Assembly: GCF_001194135.2 (NCBI RefSeq)
Contig: NC_068987.1
Location: forward strand, 80,563,230 to 80,610,681
Length of the DNA stretch: 47,452 nucleotides
Direction: 5' to 3'
Source: Octopus bimaculoides
Taxonomy: Eukaryota
The first letter of the stretch is position 1. Every line of letters begins with the position of its first letter. The position numbers and the translations under genes were made by a program. The notes below the pieces were generated by a model. The model worked only from the letters and a program-made list of their open reading frames with translations. It did no database searches and was not told the origin of the DNA. Of this stretch, positions 47,260 to 47,452 are shown in pieces.

Positions 47260-47452
47260 GCTTAAAAGATTCTAGTATAGGACACAGCAGCTACACAAAC
47301 TCGTCACTCATCTGTATGATCAGAGCATGAAACTTACTGTAGCTCACATTTAAATCGTGTGTGAGTGCGCGCGTGGTTGTTTTATAGCTTTCCGTATTCA
47401 ATAAACATGTTTTCATAAAAAAAACTAAGTGCTAATAATAGCGTCAATGCAA

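Overview
AT-rich, microsatellite-laden, gap-rich eukaryotic DNA. The repeat landscape (tRNA-headed SINEs with internal (CA)n, mariner/Tc1 relics, RLE- and RTE-type LINE relics) looks like an Octopus or other coleoid cephalopod draft scaffold; the organism is my inference. No intact protein-coding gene can be assembled. Almost all ORF-track entries are microsatellite or gap artefacts, and the recognisable protein matches are dead transposases and LINE fragments. Best-supported elements: a full-length TA-flanked Tc1-like transposon (16487-17734), two mariner relics, three related mariner-derived MITEs, two R4/Dong-like RLE LINE fragments inside (TAA)n tracts, and over 25 SINE copies or fragments in three families (my labels A, B, C). 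The most interesting signals: (1) minimal type I hammerhead-ribozyme folds in Penelope-like terminal repeats, one with a canonical core (19448-19493) and two related copies sharing a non-canonical CUGUUGA core (17990-18026, 43293-43330); (2) an inverted duplication (37277-38025 vs 44042-45392) whose copies are each other's empty sites, exposing a TSD-flanked SINE and an 851-bp solo-LTR-like insertion. Several isolated exon-like segments are reported at low confidence. All alignments and folds were done by eye, and repeat boundaries are approximate unless TIRs or TSDs are quoted.
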